This document shows, piece by piece, positions 32,414-45,071 of a stretch of DNA of 64,000 nucleotides. The notes beneath the pieces were generated by a model. It was not told the DNA's origin. It searched no databases and saw nothing but the letters and a program-made list of their open reading frames with translations. Position numbers and translations under genes: made by a program. The stretch's first letter is position 1. Each line of letters starts with the position of its first letter. The stretch lies in contig BK006934.2 in assembly GCA_000146045.2 (NCBI GenBank), positions 288,001 through 352,000 on the forward strand, written 5' to 3'. Origin of the DNA: TPA_inf: Saccharomyces. Taxonomy: Eukaryota.

Positions 32414-34972
32414 ATGACCTCGATTCAGGAGCGAGGCACAAGCGCTCATCTGCATTCGCTTAAAGAAGGTGAGGCTAGTGATCGTTCCAGCGAGATGCTT
32501 CCTAAACAAAGAAGTATCATAGGATCCCACGTGCAACGTCCACCGTCTCAAACAACTTTAGGAAGGTCAAGGGCTGGAAGCAATACAATGAATAAAGTTT
32601 CAGGCTTAGATATTGCTCGAAGACCAAGTGAGAATTTATTATCAAACATGAACTGTAGCGACAACGGCAATGGGGGAAATATGCTAAATTCATTCGTTAA
32701 CTCGGCTTTACCACCGCCAAAAGTCAACCCTGCTCAAACAAGACGTGAACGTCCCGCTTCAAATAGCTCAATAGGTACCAAGACTACCGAGGTATTTTCA
32801 TCCACTTCTGCATCTTCCTCCTTGGGAGATACCAGCGATGAGGGAGAAGGCAGTGATGCCGACAAATCTAAAATAAATACTTTTCCCAGCATATTGATGG
32901 AAAAGGCTACTCAAGGTAGAGGCGCTGATGGAAATGGAATGAGAAGCGCAAGCAATAATACCATTGTGGAAGCAACTACGGACGGTTCCAAAATGGCACT
33001 GCAAAAAAGCATGTCGTTTGATGATACAGCCGCAGAGAAAACTATGAATAAATCTAGACATTCTTACCAAGAACAGTTCTCCTCGAAGAAAAGCCAGTCA
33101 TCTTTACTGAACAGCAAGCAAAGATCACGTGCTAAATCGCAAACATGCTCGTCTACGGGTTATAACAACAGCAGCATTCTGAAAACGTTTGGCATAAGCT
33201 CCAAAATTTCTAATTCAAGTGATCGGATAGAGGCTTCGTCATTAGAATTTAACGTTCCATCTCAGAAACCTTTGAATTGCAAGCCATTAACTCCGTCTCA
33301 GAAATACAGACTTCGTAAAGAGCAATCGGAGATGAATTTAAGAAATACAATCAAAAGAAAAGAGAAATTTTATGATAGTCAAGAACAAATTCTTGAGTTA
33401 CAAGAGGGAGACGTTGATGATTCGTTGATTTGGAACGTTCCTATGGCATCATTATCTACTAATTCATTTCTAGCGTCTGCTAAGCCCGATGATATGAATA
33501 ACTTGGCTGGCAAGAATGACTTATCAGAATATACCGGAGGTTTGGTAAATGATAACTCTGAAATTTCTTATACAAAACAAAATCATAGGTACTCGAACAT
33601 CTCTTTTGCGAGTACAACATCAAACGCCTCATTATTGGACTTTAATGAGATGCCTACGTCTCCGATTCCAGGTTTGAACAAAGTAACTGATTTTCAGTTC
33701 ATTCAAGACACAACCAAGAGTCTAGCCTCTGTTTATTTGCATTCTTCCAATAGGCTTTCAAGATCTAAGCTGTCCGAAAGAACAAAGTCTTCCGATTTCT
33801 TGCCAATTGAACTAAAAGAAGCTCAAAATCAAGGCATGGAAGATTTGATACTTGTCTCGGAGAACAAACTAGATGTGGTCAGCCATTCAAGACCGAGTTG
33901 GTTACCACCCAAGGATCGCCAGGAAAAAAAGCTTCATGAAAGGCAAATTAACAAAAGCATGAGTGTTGCTTCCCTTGACCAACTAGGAAAAAATAAAGAC
34001 AGAGAAGAAAAGTTGATTAGAGATGAAACAAATAGGCAAAAATATGTGTTATTATTGGACAGAGATATAACTAGAAACTCCTCCTTACAAAGCCTAAGTA
34101 AAATGGTTTGGGACACTCCATTTAGTGACGAAACTAGGTCAACAATTTACAGCGAAATTTTACAGAGCAAGACTAGGTTTATTACCAAAAACTATATTCA
34201 ACCATTTCATGAGCTACAGGAGCTTTTAACAAAAATGGGAGACTTTCCTAAAAACAAGGAAATTGAAATATCGCAGCTAATCGAAACAAGTTTGAGGCGA
34301 AAAGTGAGCGGTTTACATGATATATGTCCTGATTTGATGCTTTTATTGAAGATAAAATCTATCTCATCACAGGGTATAGTCACCGGTGATGAACTCCTTT
34401 TCCATCATTTCTTGGTGAGTGAATCATTTCAGAACCTGGGGCTAAACGAGATTTGGAATATTGTTAATTTAGTACAAATGACGTGTTTTAATGATCTTTG
34501 TAAAGAAAAGTTCGATGCAAAGGTTTTAGAACGTAAGGGTGTCGTAGCCGGTTATTTATCGCAAAACGAGGAGTTCAAGGATGAATTTAATACGGAGTGT
34601 ATAAACTCTACCACCTGGTGGAACATCCTAGAACGTATTGATCATAAGCTTTTTATGTGGATCATGGATATTATAGTAGTCAACAATTCCCAGAGCTACA
34701 AAAATAGCCCAATCAACGAAGATGAGTTTGTTAACAAGGATTGGGAATATTACCGCTCGAAGAAAGTGGTAATAAACTACAAGATCTTGATTTCATTTGC
34801 ATTAAATGTATTGTTAAATTACCACTTTGGATTCACTGATTTAAGAAGTCTTTGTAACGTGAATGACCAGAGATTTTGCATTCCAGTATTCATCAATGAT
34901 GAATTCGTAGACGCAGATACTGTAAATGCCGTGTTCATCAAGAAATGGGCGCATTACTACAAGAAGTTTTGA
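32414..34972 (+). CDS. SBE22: SBE22, Golgi protein involved in cell-wall component transport (852 aa), SBE2 paralog
   Basis: 852-aa ORF. Size and neighbourhood match. Ser-rich N-terminal half. Confidence 0.8.
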
Positions 34973-35265
34973 TATTTTTTGTAACTGTAATTTCACTCAT
35001 GCACAAGAAAAAAAAAACTGGATTAAAAGGGAGCCCAAGGAAAACTCCTCAGCATATATTTAGAAGTCTCCTCAGCATATAGTTGTTTGTTTTCTTTACA
35101 CATTCACTGTTTAATAAAACTTTTATAATATTTCATTATCGGAACTCTAGATTCTATACTTGTTTCCCAATTGTTGCTGGTAGTAAACGTATACGTCATA
35201 AAAGGGAAAAGCCACATGCGGAAGAATTTTATGGAAAAAAAAAAAACCTCGAAGTTACTACTTCT

Positions 35266-35270
35266 AGGGG
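35266..35270. promoter_or_regulatory. STRE (AGGGG) about 140 bp upstream of GRE3
   Basis: tctagggggcc. GRE3 is an Msn2/4 stress-induced gene (established). Confidence 0.45.
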
Positions 35271-35408
35271 GCCTATCAAGTAAATTACTCCTGGTACACT
35301 GAAGTATATAAGGGATATAGAAGCAAATAGTTGTCAGTGCAATCCTTCAAGACGATTGGGAAAATACTGTAATATAAATCGTAAAGGAAAATTGGAAATT
35401 TTTTAAAG

Positions 35409-36392
35409 ATGTCTTCACTGGTTACTCTTAATAACGGTCTGAAAATGCCCCTAGTCGGCTTAGGGTGCTGGAAAATTGACAAAAAAGTCTGTGCGAATCA
35501 AATTTATGAAGCTATCAAATTAGGCTACCGTTTATTCGATGGTGCTTGCGACTACGGCAACGAAAAGGAAGTTGGTGAAGGTATCAGGAAAGCCATCTCC
35601 GAAGGTCTTGTTTCTAGAAAGGATATATTTGTTGTTTCAAAGTTATGGAACAATTTTCACCATCCTGATCATGTAAAATTAGCTTTAAAGAAGACCTTAA
35701 GCGATATGGGACTTGATTATTTAGACCTGTATTATATTCACTTCCCAATCGCCTTCAAATATGTTCCATTTGAAGAGAAATACCCTCCAGGATTCTATAC
35801 GGGCGCAGATGACGAGAAGAAAGGTCACATCACCGAAGCACATGTACCAATCATAGATACGTACCGGGCTCTGGAAGAATGTGTTGATGAAGGCTTGATT
35901 AAGTCTATTGGTGTTTCCAACTTTCAGGGAAGCTTGATTCAAGATTTATTACGTGGTTGTAGAATCAAGCCCGTGGCTTTGCAAATTGAACACCATCCTT
36001 ATTTGACTCAAGAACACCTAGTTGAGTTTTGTAAATTACACGATATCCAAGTAGTTGCTTACTCCTCCTTCGGTCCTCAATCATTCATTGAGATGGACTT
36101 ACAGTTGGCAAAAACCACGCCAACTCTGTTCGAGAATGATGTAATCAAGAAGGTCTCACAAAACCATCCAGGCAGTACCACTTCCCAAGTATTGCTTAGA
36201 TGGGCAACTCAGAGAGGCATTGCCGTCATTCCAAAATCTTCCAAGAAGGAAAGGTTACTTGGCAACCTAGAAATCGAAAAAAAGTTCACTTTAACGGAGC
36301 AAGAATTGAAGGATATTTCTGCACTAAATGCCAACATCAGATTTAATGATCCATGGACCTGGTTGGATGGTAAATTCCCCACTTTTGCCTGA
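35409..36392 (+). CDS. GRE3: GRE3, NADPH-dependent aldose reductase (aldo-keto reductase family, 327 aa)
   Basis: AKR motifs (GxGxW, D-Y-K-H catalytic tetrad context). Length 327 aa. Confidence 0.92.
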   Translation: MSSLVTLNNGLKMPLVGLGCWKIDKKVCANQIYEAIKLGYRLFDGACDYGNEKEVGEGIRKAISEGLVSRKDIFVVSKLWNNFHHPDHVKLALKKTLSDMGLDYLDLYYIHFPIAFKYVPFEEKYPPGFYTGADDEKKGHITEAHVPIIDTYRALEECVDEGLIKSIGVSNFQGSLIQDLLRGCRIKPVALQIEHHPYLTQEHLVEFCKLHDIQVVAYSSFGPQSFIEMDLQLAKTTPTLFENDVIKKVSQNHPGSTTSQVLLRWATQRGIAVIPKSSKKERLLGNLEIEKKFTLTEQELKDISALNANIRFNDPWTWLDGKFPTFA

Positions 36393-36765
36393 TCCAGCCA
36401 GTAAAATCCATACTCAACGACGATATGAACAAATTTCCCTCATTCCGATGCTGTATATGTGTATAAATTTTTACATGCTCTTCTGTTTAGACACAGAACA
36501 GCTTTAAATAAAATGTTGGATATACTTTTTCTGCCTGTGGTGTCATCCACGCTTTTAATTCATCTCTTGTATGGTTGACAATTTGGCTATTTTTTAACAG
36601 AACCCAACGGTAATTGAAATTAAAAGGGAAACGAGTGGGGGCGATGAGTGAGTGATACTAAAATAGACACCAAGAGAGCAAAGCGGTCCCAAAATCATTT
36701 GAGTAACCGGATATCTATCGGGATATTAATAGCAGCTTCCATTTCAACTAAAACAACAGCAAGAT

Positions 36766-37410
36766 ATGAGCGACAAGATATCCTTTCTACCTCCCGAACC
36801 CATCCAACTACTTGACGAAGACTCCACGGAGCCTGAACTCGACATTGACTCACAACAAGAAAATGAGGGACCCATCAGTGCGTCAAACAGCAATGATAGC
36901 ACTAGCCATAGTAATGATTGCGGTGCCACAATTACCAGAACAAGACCTAGACGAAGCAGTTCTATCAATGCAAACTTTAGTTTTCAAAAGGCTCATGTCA
37001 GCGATTGCACCATAGTCAATGGCGACCATGGAACAAAGTTTGCTGTCTGGAGAATTACCGTATTTCTTGAACCCAACTTGAAGGCTTTTGCGGCCAAGAG
37101 GGAAAGCTATAAAATCCAAACCTATAAACGATACTCCGATTTCGTCAGATTACGAGAGAATTTGCTCACAAGAATCAAGACAGCGAAACCTGAGAAACTT
37201 AACTGTTTGCAGATTCCACACCTTCCCCCTTCAGTGCAGTGGTACAGTTCTTGGAAATATCAAGAAGTGAATCTGAACAAGGACTGGCTGGCAAAAAGAC
37301 AGAGAGGGCTCGAGTACTTCCTCAATCACATCATCCTTAACAGCAGCCTCGTAGAAATGACCAAAGATATACTCATACAGTTTCTAGAGCCTTCAAAACG
37401 AGTTGCATAG
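36766..37410 (+). CDS. YPT35: YPT35, endosomal PX-domain protein (214 aa)
   Basis: PX-domain signature ([13 protein letters not shown] ... PPxxW-like region). Length 214 aa. Confidence 0.85.
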
Positions 37411-37597
37411 CTCACCATCCCTATCCAACCGACTATTCTTCTCATCGACTACTACTATCCCATTTAACTCGGGCGCGTTGTTAATTAATCACTCGATGGG
37501 GAATGCCTTGAGCTGACCGCAATGAAAACTTTTAGGGGATCGTCCAACATTAAAGGAAGAACGAAACGGACTCCACAGTTTCTAATATAAATAAACA

Positions 37598-38626
37598 ATG
37601 ATAAAACATATAGTTTCGCCATTCAGGACGAATTTTGTTGGCATCAGCAAGTCCGTGCTGTCAAGGATGATTCATCACAAGGTTACAATCATAGGTTCTG
37701 GCCCCGCTGCCCACACCGCTGCTATATACTTGGCAAGAGCAGAGATGAAGCCCACATTATATGAGGGAATGATGGCCAACGGAATTGCTGCTGGTGGCCA
37801 ATTGACAACAACCACCGATATCGAAAATTTCCCAGGGTTTCCTGAATCGTTGAGTGGCAGTGAACTGATGGAGAGGATGAGGAAACAATCTGCCAAGTTT
37901 GGCACTAACATAATTACCGAGACTGTCTCTAAAGTCGATTTATCTTCAAAACCATTCAGATTATGGACCGAATTTAATGAGGATGCAGAGCCTGTGACCA
38001 CTGATGCTATAATCTTGGCCACGGGTGCTTCCGCTAAGAGAATGCATTTACCAGGGGAGGAAACCTACTGGCAGCAGGGAATATCTGCCTGTGCTGTATG
38101 TGATGGTGCAGTCCCTATCTTTAGAAACAAGCCATTGGCCGTTATTGGTGGTGGTGACTCTGCGTGTGAGGAAGCGGAATTTCTTACGAAGTATGCGTCG
38201 AAAGTATATATATTAGTAAGAAAGGATCATTTTCGTGCATCTGTAATAATGCAGAGACGAATTGAGAAAAATCCAAACATCATTGTTTTGTTCAACACAG
38301 TTGCATTAGAAGCTAAGGGTGATGGTAAGTTATTGAATATGTTGAGAATTAAGAATACTAAAAGTAATGTGGAGAACGATTTAGAAGTAAATGGACTATT
38401 TTACGCAATAGGTCACAGCCCTGCCACAGATATAGTTAAAGGACAAGTAGATGAAGAAGAGACGGGGTATATAAAAACTGTGCCTGGATCGTCTCTGACT
38501 TCTGTGCCAGGTTTTTTTGCTGCAGGTGACGTTCAGGACTCTAGGTATAGACAAGCAGTTACTTCTGCTGGTTCCGGATGCATTGCTGCTTTGGATGCAG
38601 AACGGTACCTAAGTGCCCAAGAGTAA
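37598..38626 (+). CDS. TRR2: TRR2, mitochondrial thioredoxin reductase (342 aa)
   Basis: FAD-binding [10 protein letters not shown], the redox CAVC motif and NADPH-binding GGGDSA. Its N-terminal extension is consistent with a mitochondrial presequence. Confidence 0.92.
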
Positions 38627-38812
38627 CGTGAAAAAACCGGTTTATTTTTGTTTTTACTGTTCGATTGTGTTACGTATTCTATGTTTTTTGAGATATATTT
38701 GAAATATTTTTATAAGATACATATATATATGTGCGTATTGCTGCGACAAAAGAAGAGACAAAGAGATAGGCGTTGAAATTGACGAGACAAAGAGGAAGAC
38801 ATTAATTAATCA

Positions 38813-40036
38813 TCATTTTAAATGGGATTTTTTTACTTGCAAGCTTTTGACCTGCTCTTCTAGTTTTTTTACCTTTCCTTGAATTTCTTCCAAGTCACCG
38901 TTCAGTCTGATTCTTTCGTTAACAATGTTTTGCTCCCATTGTCTAAATCTTTGCTCCTCAGCTTTGACTTGGTCAGTGAAATACTTCTTCAATGCATTTT
39001 CTTCTTCTTTGTATCTAGGATTGTGTGACAATTTCCTTGCTGGTGCAATTGCTGGAAGAGTGAAATCTTCATTCCCCTCCCCGGTGTTCTCGTGACCCTC
39101 AAGTCTTAATCTTCTGTATGTTTCGTAATGCATTTCTTGGGTGGTAGAAATCAAATCTAATAGATAAGTCCTCAGTAACAGGGCTCTGAGCTTACGGAAA
39201 TCACAATGAGAATCGTTTTCGATTTCCACAAGTCCCCAAGGATACTTCCTTGCAACTACCTGAGTGCCTTGCCCATTGTCAAATTTTTTTTCAGACCCTA
39301 CTATGGCAAATGGCATTGCTTCTATCAACTGTCTTGCATGTTCAACAGCGGCAGAATCTGGATTACTGCCACTTTTGGCATCTTCCTTAGAATCAGCGTC
39401 TAATGGAGGCGTGAAAATACGAATTTCTTGAGCTTCTATTACTTGCCTGATTCTGGACTTGAACTGTTGTAATTCTTGGGCAGTCAATGTATCAGCTTTC
39501 GCAATAACTGGAATCAGATTGGCTCTGGTTGACAATCTCTTCATAGTCTCAATGTCAATTGGCTTTAAACCATGTCCAGTGGGCCTGATGAAGTACAGAA
39601 CGGCATGAACTCTCAAGTCAAATTTCTTAGTACGGTACGGTTGCTGCTCTTGACGCATATAAGAATCGTGTTGATCATCAATAAAATCCACCAATGGTTG
39701 CCAGGCTTTGTTGTTATTCACGTTATCTCCAAAACCTGGGGTGTCGATGACATTAACGCGTAATTCGAAATGCTTCTCTTCCAGCAAAGCTCTTGTGATG
39801 TCGATTTCTACAGTCTTTCTGATGGGTTCTTGGCGGTGTTGCTGACCATCTGCCCTTTTCAAGACAGTCTGAAATAAGGTATTAATAAATGTAGTTTTAC
39901 CCAATCCGCTCTCACCACATAACATCACGGTGAATGTACCACCTTCTTCATTAACAATTTTATAACGCTGGTTGGGAAGATTGGATATCCCTACAGGAGG
40001 AGGAACAGGGGCAGCAGTCGCAGTGGCAGCACTCAT
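38813..40036 (-). CDS. CDC12: CDC12 septin (407 aa)
   Basis: First ATG at 40036 (the ORF track start at 40048 is TTG). It has the P-loop GESGLGKTT, a septin G domain and a C-terminal coiled coil. Confidence 0.92.
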   Translation of the reverse strand: MSAATATAAPVPPPVGISNLPNQRYKIVNEEGGTFTVMLCGESGLGKTTFINTLFQTVLKRADGQQHRQEPIRKTVEIDITRALLEEKHFELRVNVIDTPGFGDNVNNNKAWQPLVDFIDDQHDSYMRQEQQPYRTKKFDLRVHAVLYFIRPTGHGLKPIDIETMKRLSTRANLIPVIAKADTLTAQELQQFKSRIRQVIEAQEIRIFTPPLDADSKEDAKSGSNPDSAAVEHARQLIEAMPFAIVGSEKKFDNGQGTQVVARKYPWGLVEIENDSHCDFRKLRALLLRTYLLDLISTTQEMHYETYRRLRLEGHENTGEGNEDFTLPAIAPARKLSHNPRYKEEENALKKYFTDQVKAEEQRFRQWEQNIVNERIRLNGDLEEIQGKVKKLEEQVKSLQVKKSHLK

Positions 40037-40302
40037 TATTTGATACAATATGTGATGTAGTTCGTTATCAATACTCTTCAGGTCAAGATCCTATATCTTG
40101 CTGCACCTTTCAAGACTTTGATCTACTCAAAACAAACAATGGTGATTTCGAAAAAAATTTCGGATTCTTCACTTTTCCAGCGCCCTGTTTTTTTTCTGTA
40201 ATCACGATTGCAAAAAAAAGAGACTTACCATAGGACAATTTCCATAAACAAAACAAAGAGCAACATAACTCATAGCTGAATTGCTAATCGTGATACTGCA
40301 TC

Positions 40303-42060
40303 ATGTCCCATCCGCACTCACATAGCATATATTTGTCTGAGTTGCCCGTCAGGAAACCTCAAGCCTTGGGCAATCCTCTTTTGAGGAAGATTCAAAGAGC
40401 TTGCAGAATGTCACTTGCTGAACCAGACTTGGCGTTGAATCTTGACATTGCTGACTACATTAATGAAAAACAGGGCGCTGCCCCTAGGGATGCTGCCATT
40501 GCACTTGCTAAACTGATCAACAATAGAGAATCGCACGTGGCAATATTCGCGTTATCTCTATTAGACGTGCTTGTCAAGAATTGTGGATACCCATTCCACT
40601 TGCAAATTTCTAGAAAGGAATTTTTGAATGAACTGGTCAAGAGATTTCCAGGTCACCCACCATTACGTTATTCTAAGATTCAGAGATTGATTTTAACTGC
40701 TATTGAAGAATGGTATCAAACAATTTGTAAACACTCAAGCTACAAGAATGATATGGGTTATATTAGAGACATGCACCGTTTGTTGAAATATAAGGGTTAT
40801 GCATTCCCCAAAATCAGTGAATCCGACCTAGCAGTTTTGAAGCCTAGTAATCAATTGAAGACCGCTAGTGAAATTCAAAAGGAGCAGGAAATTGCTCAAG
40901 CTGCAAAACTCGAAGAATTGATCAGGCGTGGTAAACCTGAAGATTTGAGGGAAGCTAACAAATTAATGAAAATCATGGCAGGGTTCAAAGAAGACAATGC
41001 CGTTCAAGCTAAACAGGCTATTTCCAGTGAATTGAACAAATTGAAGCGTAAAGCCGATTTGCTGAATGAAATGCTGGAATCACCTGACTCACAAAACTGG
41101 GATAACGAAACTACACAAGAACTTCACAGTGCATTAAAGGTAGCTCAACCAAAATTTCAAAAGATCATTGAGGAAGAACAGGAAGACGATGCGTTAGTGC
41201 AGGATCTATTGAAGTTTAATGATACAGTTAATCAACTATTGGAAAAATTCAACTTATTGAAAAACGGTGACTCCAACGCTGCTTCGCAGATACATCCAAG
41301 TCATGTTTCTGCTCCGTTACAACAATCTTCTGGTGCTTTAACGAATGAAATCAACTTAATCGATTTCAATGATTTGGACGAAGCGCCCTCTCAAGGCAAC
41401 AACAATACCAACGGCACGGGTACACCAGCAGCAGCGGAAACATCTGTCAATGACTTATTGGGCGATTTGACCGATTTATCTATTTCGAACCCTTCAACCG
41501 CTAACCAAGCATCCTTTGGTCTGGGAGGCGATATCGTGTTGGGGTCCTCTCAACCCGCACCACCAGTTACTACTACTAACAACTCGAACAACACTTTAGA
41601 TCTTTTGGGACTTTCAACTCCTCAATCGCCAACTAATTCCCAAGCAGTAAACAGTAGTGGGTTCGATCTTTTGATGGGATTTAATCCAACAACAGGTACT
41701 ACTACTGCGCCCGCAAGAACCCTAGTCAATCAGTCTCCTAACTTGAAGATTGAGTTCGAAATATCTAGGGAGTCAAACTCAGTTATAAGGATAAAATCGT
41801 TCTTTACAAACTTAAGTTCGTCACCGATCTCCAACTTAGTGTTCTTATTAGCAGTCCCTAAGTCAATGTCTTTGAAATTGCAACCCCAATCGAGTAACTT
41901 TATGATTGGCAACGCTAAAGATGGTATCTCTCAAGAAGGTACAATTGAAAATGCGCCAGCTAACCCTTCAAAGGCTTTGAAAGTCAAGTGGAAGGTCAAC
42001 TATTCTGTCAACTCCACCCAAGCTGAAGAAACTGCTGTTTTTACGTTACCTAATGTATAA
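40303..42060 (+). CDS. GGA2: GGA2, Golgi-localised gamma-ear ARF-binding clathrin adaptor (585 aa)
   Basis: VHS, GAT, hinge and GAE architecture. 585 aa. Confidence 0.88.
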   Translation: MSHPHSHSIYLSELPVRKPQALGNPLLRKIQRACRMSLAEPDLALNLDIADYINEKQGAAPRDAAIALAKLINNRESHVAIFALSLLDVLVKNCGYPFHLQISRKEFLNELVKRFPGHPPLRYSKIQRLILTAIEEWYQTICKHSSYKNDMGYIRDMHRLLKYKGYAFPKISESDLAVLKPSNQLKTASEIQKEQEIAQAAKLEELIRRGKPEDLREANKLMKIMAGFKEDNAVQAKQAISSELNKLKRKADLLNEMLESPDSQNWDNETTQELHSALKVAQPKFQKIIEEEQEDDALVQDLLKFNDTVNQLLEKFNLLKNGDSNAASQIHPSHVSAPLQQSSGALTNEINLIDFNDLDEAPSQGNNNTNGTGTPAAAETSVNDLLGDLTDLSISNPSTANQASFGLGGDIVLGSSQPAPPVTTTNNSNNTLDLLGLSTPQSPTNSQAVNSSGFDLLMGFNPTTGTTTAPARTLVNQSPNLKIEFEISRESNSVIRIKSFFTNLSSSPISNLVFLLAVPKSMSLKLQPQSSNFMIGNAKDGISQEGTIENAPANPSKALKVKWKVNYSVNSTQAEETAVFTLPNV

Positions 42061-42309
42061 TCCTCTGGCGTTTCTTATCAATCCTTTCTCTTCTCTATGT
42101 ATATTTTTAGAAGGATAATACCTCTATGTAGACAATCTTATAAAGATCTTCGCAACAATACATATTTCACTTACTAATATATGTTGCGTTTTCATGCATC
42201 AAAAGTAGTTAGCAATGCTAGATCGTGTAAAGGAAAAAAAAGAGAAATAGTATAATTCGCCATCCTCATAACCACTGAAAAATCGAAGTTAACCAAAAGG
42301 AAAGTTGAA

Positions 42310-44067
42310 ATGGAGGAAGTGTTCCGTTTTTACTCGAACTCTAGAAATATCTTCATTCATAAAAGCCTTTCATTAAAACCATCCACCATTGATGACCCCA
42401 AAAGTGGATATGGCCTTTTCGTAGAACCTTCGAAGTTCAAGAATGATGAATTGAAAAGTGAAACTATCCAATTGCTCCGAATCCCTAAGCGCTGCACGTT
42501 TAATATAAACACACTTCTGGCTCTCTTGGGAGATGAGGACGAATTTTCTTCAAAGGAAGAATTTCAAAGAACTAATGACAAAATTAAGATTGCTCTTCGT
42601 GAAATAATGGCTCATCCGAATTTCAGTGTGTTCCTGACAGAAACAAATTTACTCATAATTTATTTCATGATATTTCAAACTATTCGTAGTCGTTATGAGA
42701 TTCCCGAAAATATCCAATATTATTTAGAAAATGTTTTAATGAGCATTGAAGTAGAAACAGCCATGGATTCTATTGAAAACTTAGCTACTGATTATGGACA
42801 TTATCCACAGATTTTTGGCCTTCGAGAGACGCTAAATTTATTTAAAGAACTGTTTCACGACGTCTTGAATTTAAGTGATATCAAACATCTTTATTCTGCA
42901 ATAATTTCACGTTGTTTAGAGATACCAGAAAGGGCCGATACCAAAAGTGAAGAATTCACGGTCCATTCTACTTTAGTCCCTATTGTAGATTTTGCCAACC
43001 ATGAAGGCACCCAAAAAAATGCTTATTTTGACATCGACCCTTCAAATAATGACGTTTTACTTCTATTGGATACAAAAGCGGTCCAAAGTGAACTCACAAA
43101 ACCTATTGAAGTTTTCATTAGTTACTCACCAACAGAGGATTTATTTTCCATGCTTGTAACATATGGATTCACCCCAGATTTTAGAGGGAATTCCCAATTT
43201 TGGACTGTATCCTTTGACAGGTGCTTTTTAAGAAACTATGATGGACCAGATAAAACTACAAATTTAAGATTGTTTTACAAATGGATGCACATAAATCCAG
43301 TGGTACCACTAGTTAAATACGAGCACAACGGAAAGACTCGCTGGTTTCTCAATGACACCACGCCTGAATTTGATATGCTTTTGCTCCCATTCATTCCATC
43401 GATAGATGATGGCAAAATTGCTCGGTGGGCGTACGATTCCACATGTCATTTGATGTTCACGAAAATCCATTGTCTGATAAATCCCGAGGCCAACGAACAT
43501 GCGTTAATGATTGCAGAAAACTACCGCTCTCTCATTAAAGAGAAAGAGTCAAATGGTGACGATTTCATAAATTTACCGCCACTAGCTTGGTCATTGCGTT
43601 ACAAAGATACAGAAAACGATTGTGTACGGCAAAGACATATATGCAGTGAAGATGCGGTCGCTGTACTTAAACAAGAAGAAATGCAAGACTCAACCAAAAC
43701 CAAATCCCAGTTTACCAGTTTCTTTCGTAAATTTTTAGAGTTTCGTAGATCCAAAATTATTAGGCCTACCAGTGATTCAAAAGTTGCAAGCATATTATAC
43801 CAGCAGGAACTGGAAATAATTGCTGACTTAGCAAAAGCTATCGATAGCAGCTCTACCATTTTTTTCAGCGATCTGAATGTTACATTGGACACCGAACCAG
43901 AACGGCTCCCCCCTCTAAGGTTTTTAGATGATTACATAGAGATCTCTGCGGATAAGCAGGAGCCAAGCCCAATTTGTGAGGATCTTTCTTATTATACACC
44001 CAGCAGGTTTACTGATTTTTTTCAAGAAGAGGTAAGCCAATATGCGGCTTTCTTTCAGGATGACTAG
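42310..44067 (+). CDS. CTM1: CTM1, cytochrome c lysine N-methyltransferase (SET-related, 585 aa)
   Basis: 585-aa ORF. Size and position match. Confidence 0.8.
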   Translation: MEEVFRFYSNSRNIFIHKSLSLKPSTIDDPKSGYGLFVEPSKFKNDELKSETIQLLRIPKRCTFNINTLLALLGDEDEFSSKEEFQRTNDKIKIALREIMAHPNFSVFLTETNLLIIYFMIFQTIRSRYEIPENIQYYLENVLMSIEVETAMDSIENLATDYGHYPQIFGLRETLNLFKELFHDVLNLSDIKHLYSAIISRCLEIPERADTKSEEFTVHSTLVPIVDFANHEGTQKNAYFDIDPSNNDVLLLLDTKAVQSELTKPIEVFISYSPTEDLFSMLVTYGFTPDFRGNSQFWTVSFDRCFLRNYDGPDKTTNLRLFYKWMHINPVVPLVKYEHNGKTRWFLNDTTPEFDMLLLPFIPSIDDGKIARWAYDSTCHLMFTKIHCLINPEANEHALMIAENYRSLIKEKESNGDDFINLPPLAWSLRYKDTENDCVRQRHICSEDAVAVLKQEEMQDSTKTKSQFTSFFRKFLEFRRSKIIRPTSDSKVASILYQQELEIIADLAKAIDSSSTIFFSDLNVTLDTEPERLPPLRFLDDYIEISADKQEPSPICEDLSYYTPSRFTDFFQEEVSQYAAFFQDD

Positions 44068-44281
44068 ATGAGTACCACTTACGATCTTGTATATAAATGT
44101 TTTTAGTTGTCCTTTCTTCTACATTAAAAGCATCACAAAGAACAATCTGACGCGTTTTTCCACTGTCTCTTTCTCGCGTTTTATTCTTTTCCGTTTGAGA
44201 CAAAAAAAGAGGAGCTTTGTAGTGTAATACTACTAGTTACTTAAGGGAACACATCAAGCATTCGGTGTCTCACAGGCTACT

Positions 44282-44920
44282 ATGAAATATAATATAGTGC
44301 ATGGAATTTGCCTATTATTTGCTATTACCCAAGCTGTAGGGGCTGTCCATTTTTATGCGAAGTCCGGGGAAACCAAATGCTTCTATGAACACTTATCCCG
44401 GGGAAACCTACTGATTGGGGATTTAGACCTATATGTAGAAAAGGATGGTCTGTTTGAAGAGGACCCTGAATCCAGTCTGACAATAACTGTCGATGAAACA
44501 TTCGATAACGACCATCGTGTCCTAAATCAAAAAAACTCACACACAGGTGATGTTACTTTTACAGCTTTAGACACAGGTGAACATAGATTTTGCTTCACTC
44601 CATTCTACAGCAAGAAATCAGCCACACTAAGAGTATTCATCGAACTAGAAATTGGCAATGTTGAAGCGCTTGACAGCAAGAAAAAAGAAGATATGAATTC
44701 ACTTAAGGGGAGGGTAGGCCAGTTGACTCAAAGGCTATCTTCTATTCGTAAGGAGCAAGACGCTATCAGAGAAAAAGAGGCAGAATTCAGAAATCAAAGT
44801 GAATCAGCTAACAGCAAGATAATGACGTGGTCTGTGTTCCAACTTCTCATATTGCTGGGCACCTGTGCCTTCCAGCTACGCTATCTCAAGAATTTCTTTG
44901 TCAAACAGAAGGTAGTATAA
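44282..44920 (+). CDS. ERP5: ERP5, p24-family cargo receptor (212 aa)
   Basis: Signal peptide, GOLD domain, coiled coil and a C-terminal TM segment (WSVFQLLILLGTCAFQLRYL). Confidence 0.85.
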   Translation: MKYNIVHGICLLFAITQAVGAVHFYAKSGETKCFYEHLSRGNLLIGDLDLYVEKDGLFEEDPESSLTITVDETFDNDHRVLNQKNSHTGDVTFTALDTGEHRFCFTPFYSKKSATLRVFIELEIGNVEALDSKKKEDMNSLKGRVGQLTQRLSSIRKEQDAIREKEAEFRNQSESANSKIMTWSVFQLLILLGTCAFQLRYLKNFFVKQKVV

Positions 44921-45071
44921 TATACCATGTTTGTTATATAGAGTTTATATATCGCTCATTACGAATCGGTGCAATGAGCTCTTCGATATGAAATATTCCT
45001 TAGCTTAGTAATAAGAGTGACTTAAGCTGATGCCGTTGACTGCAAAAGGAAGTAAATAGAAGTCAATAACA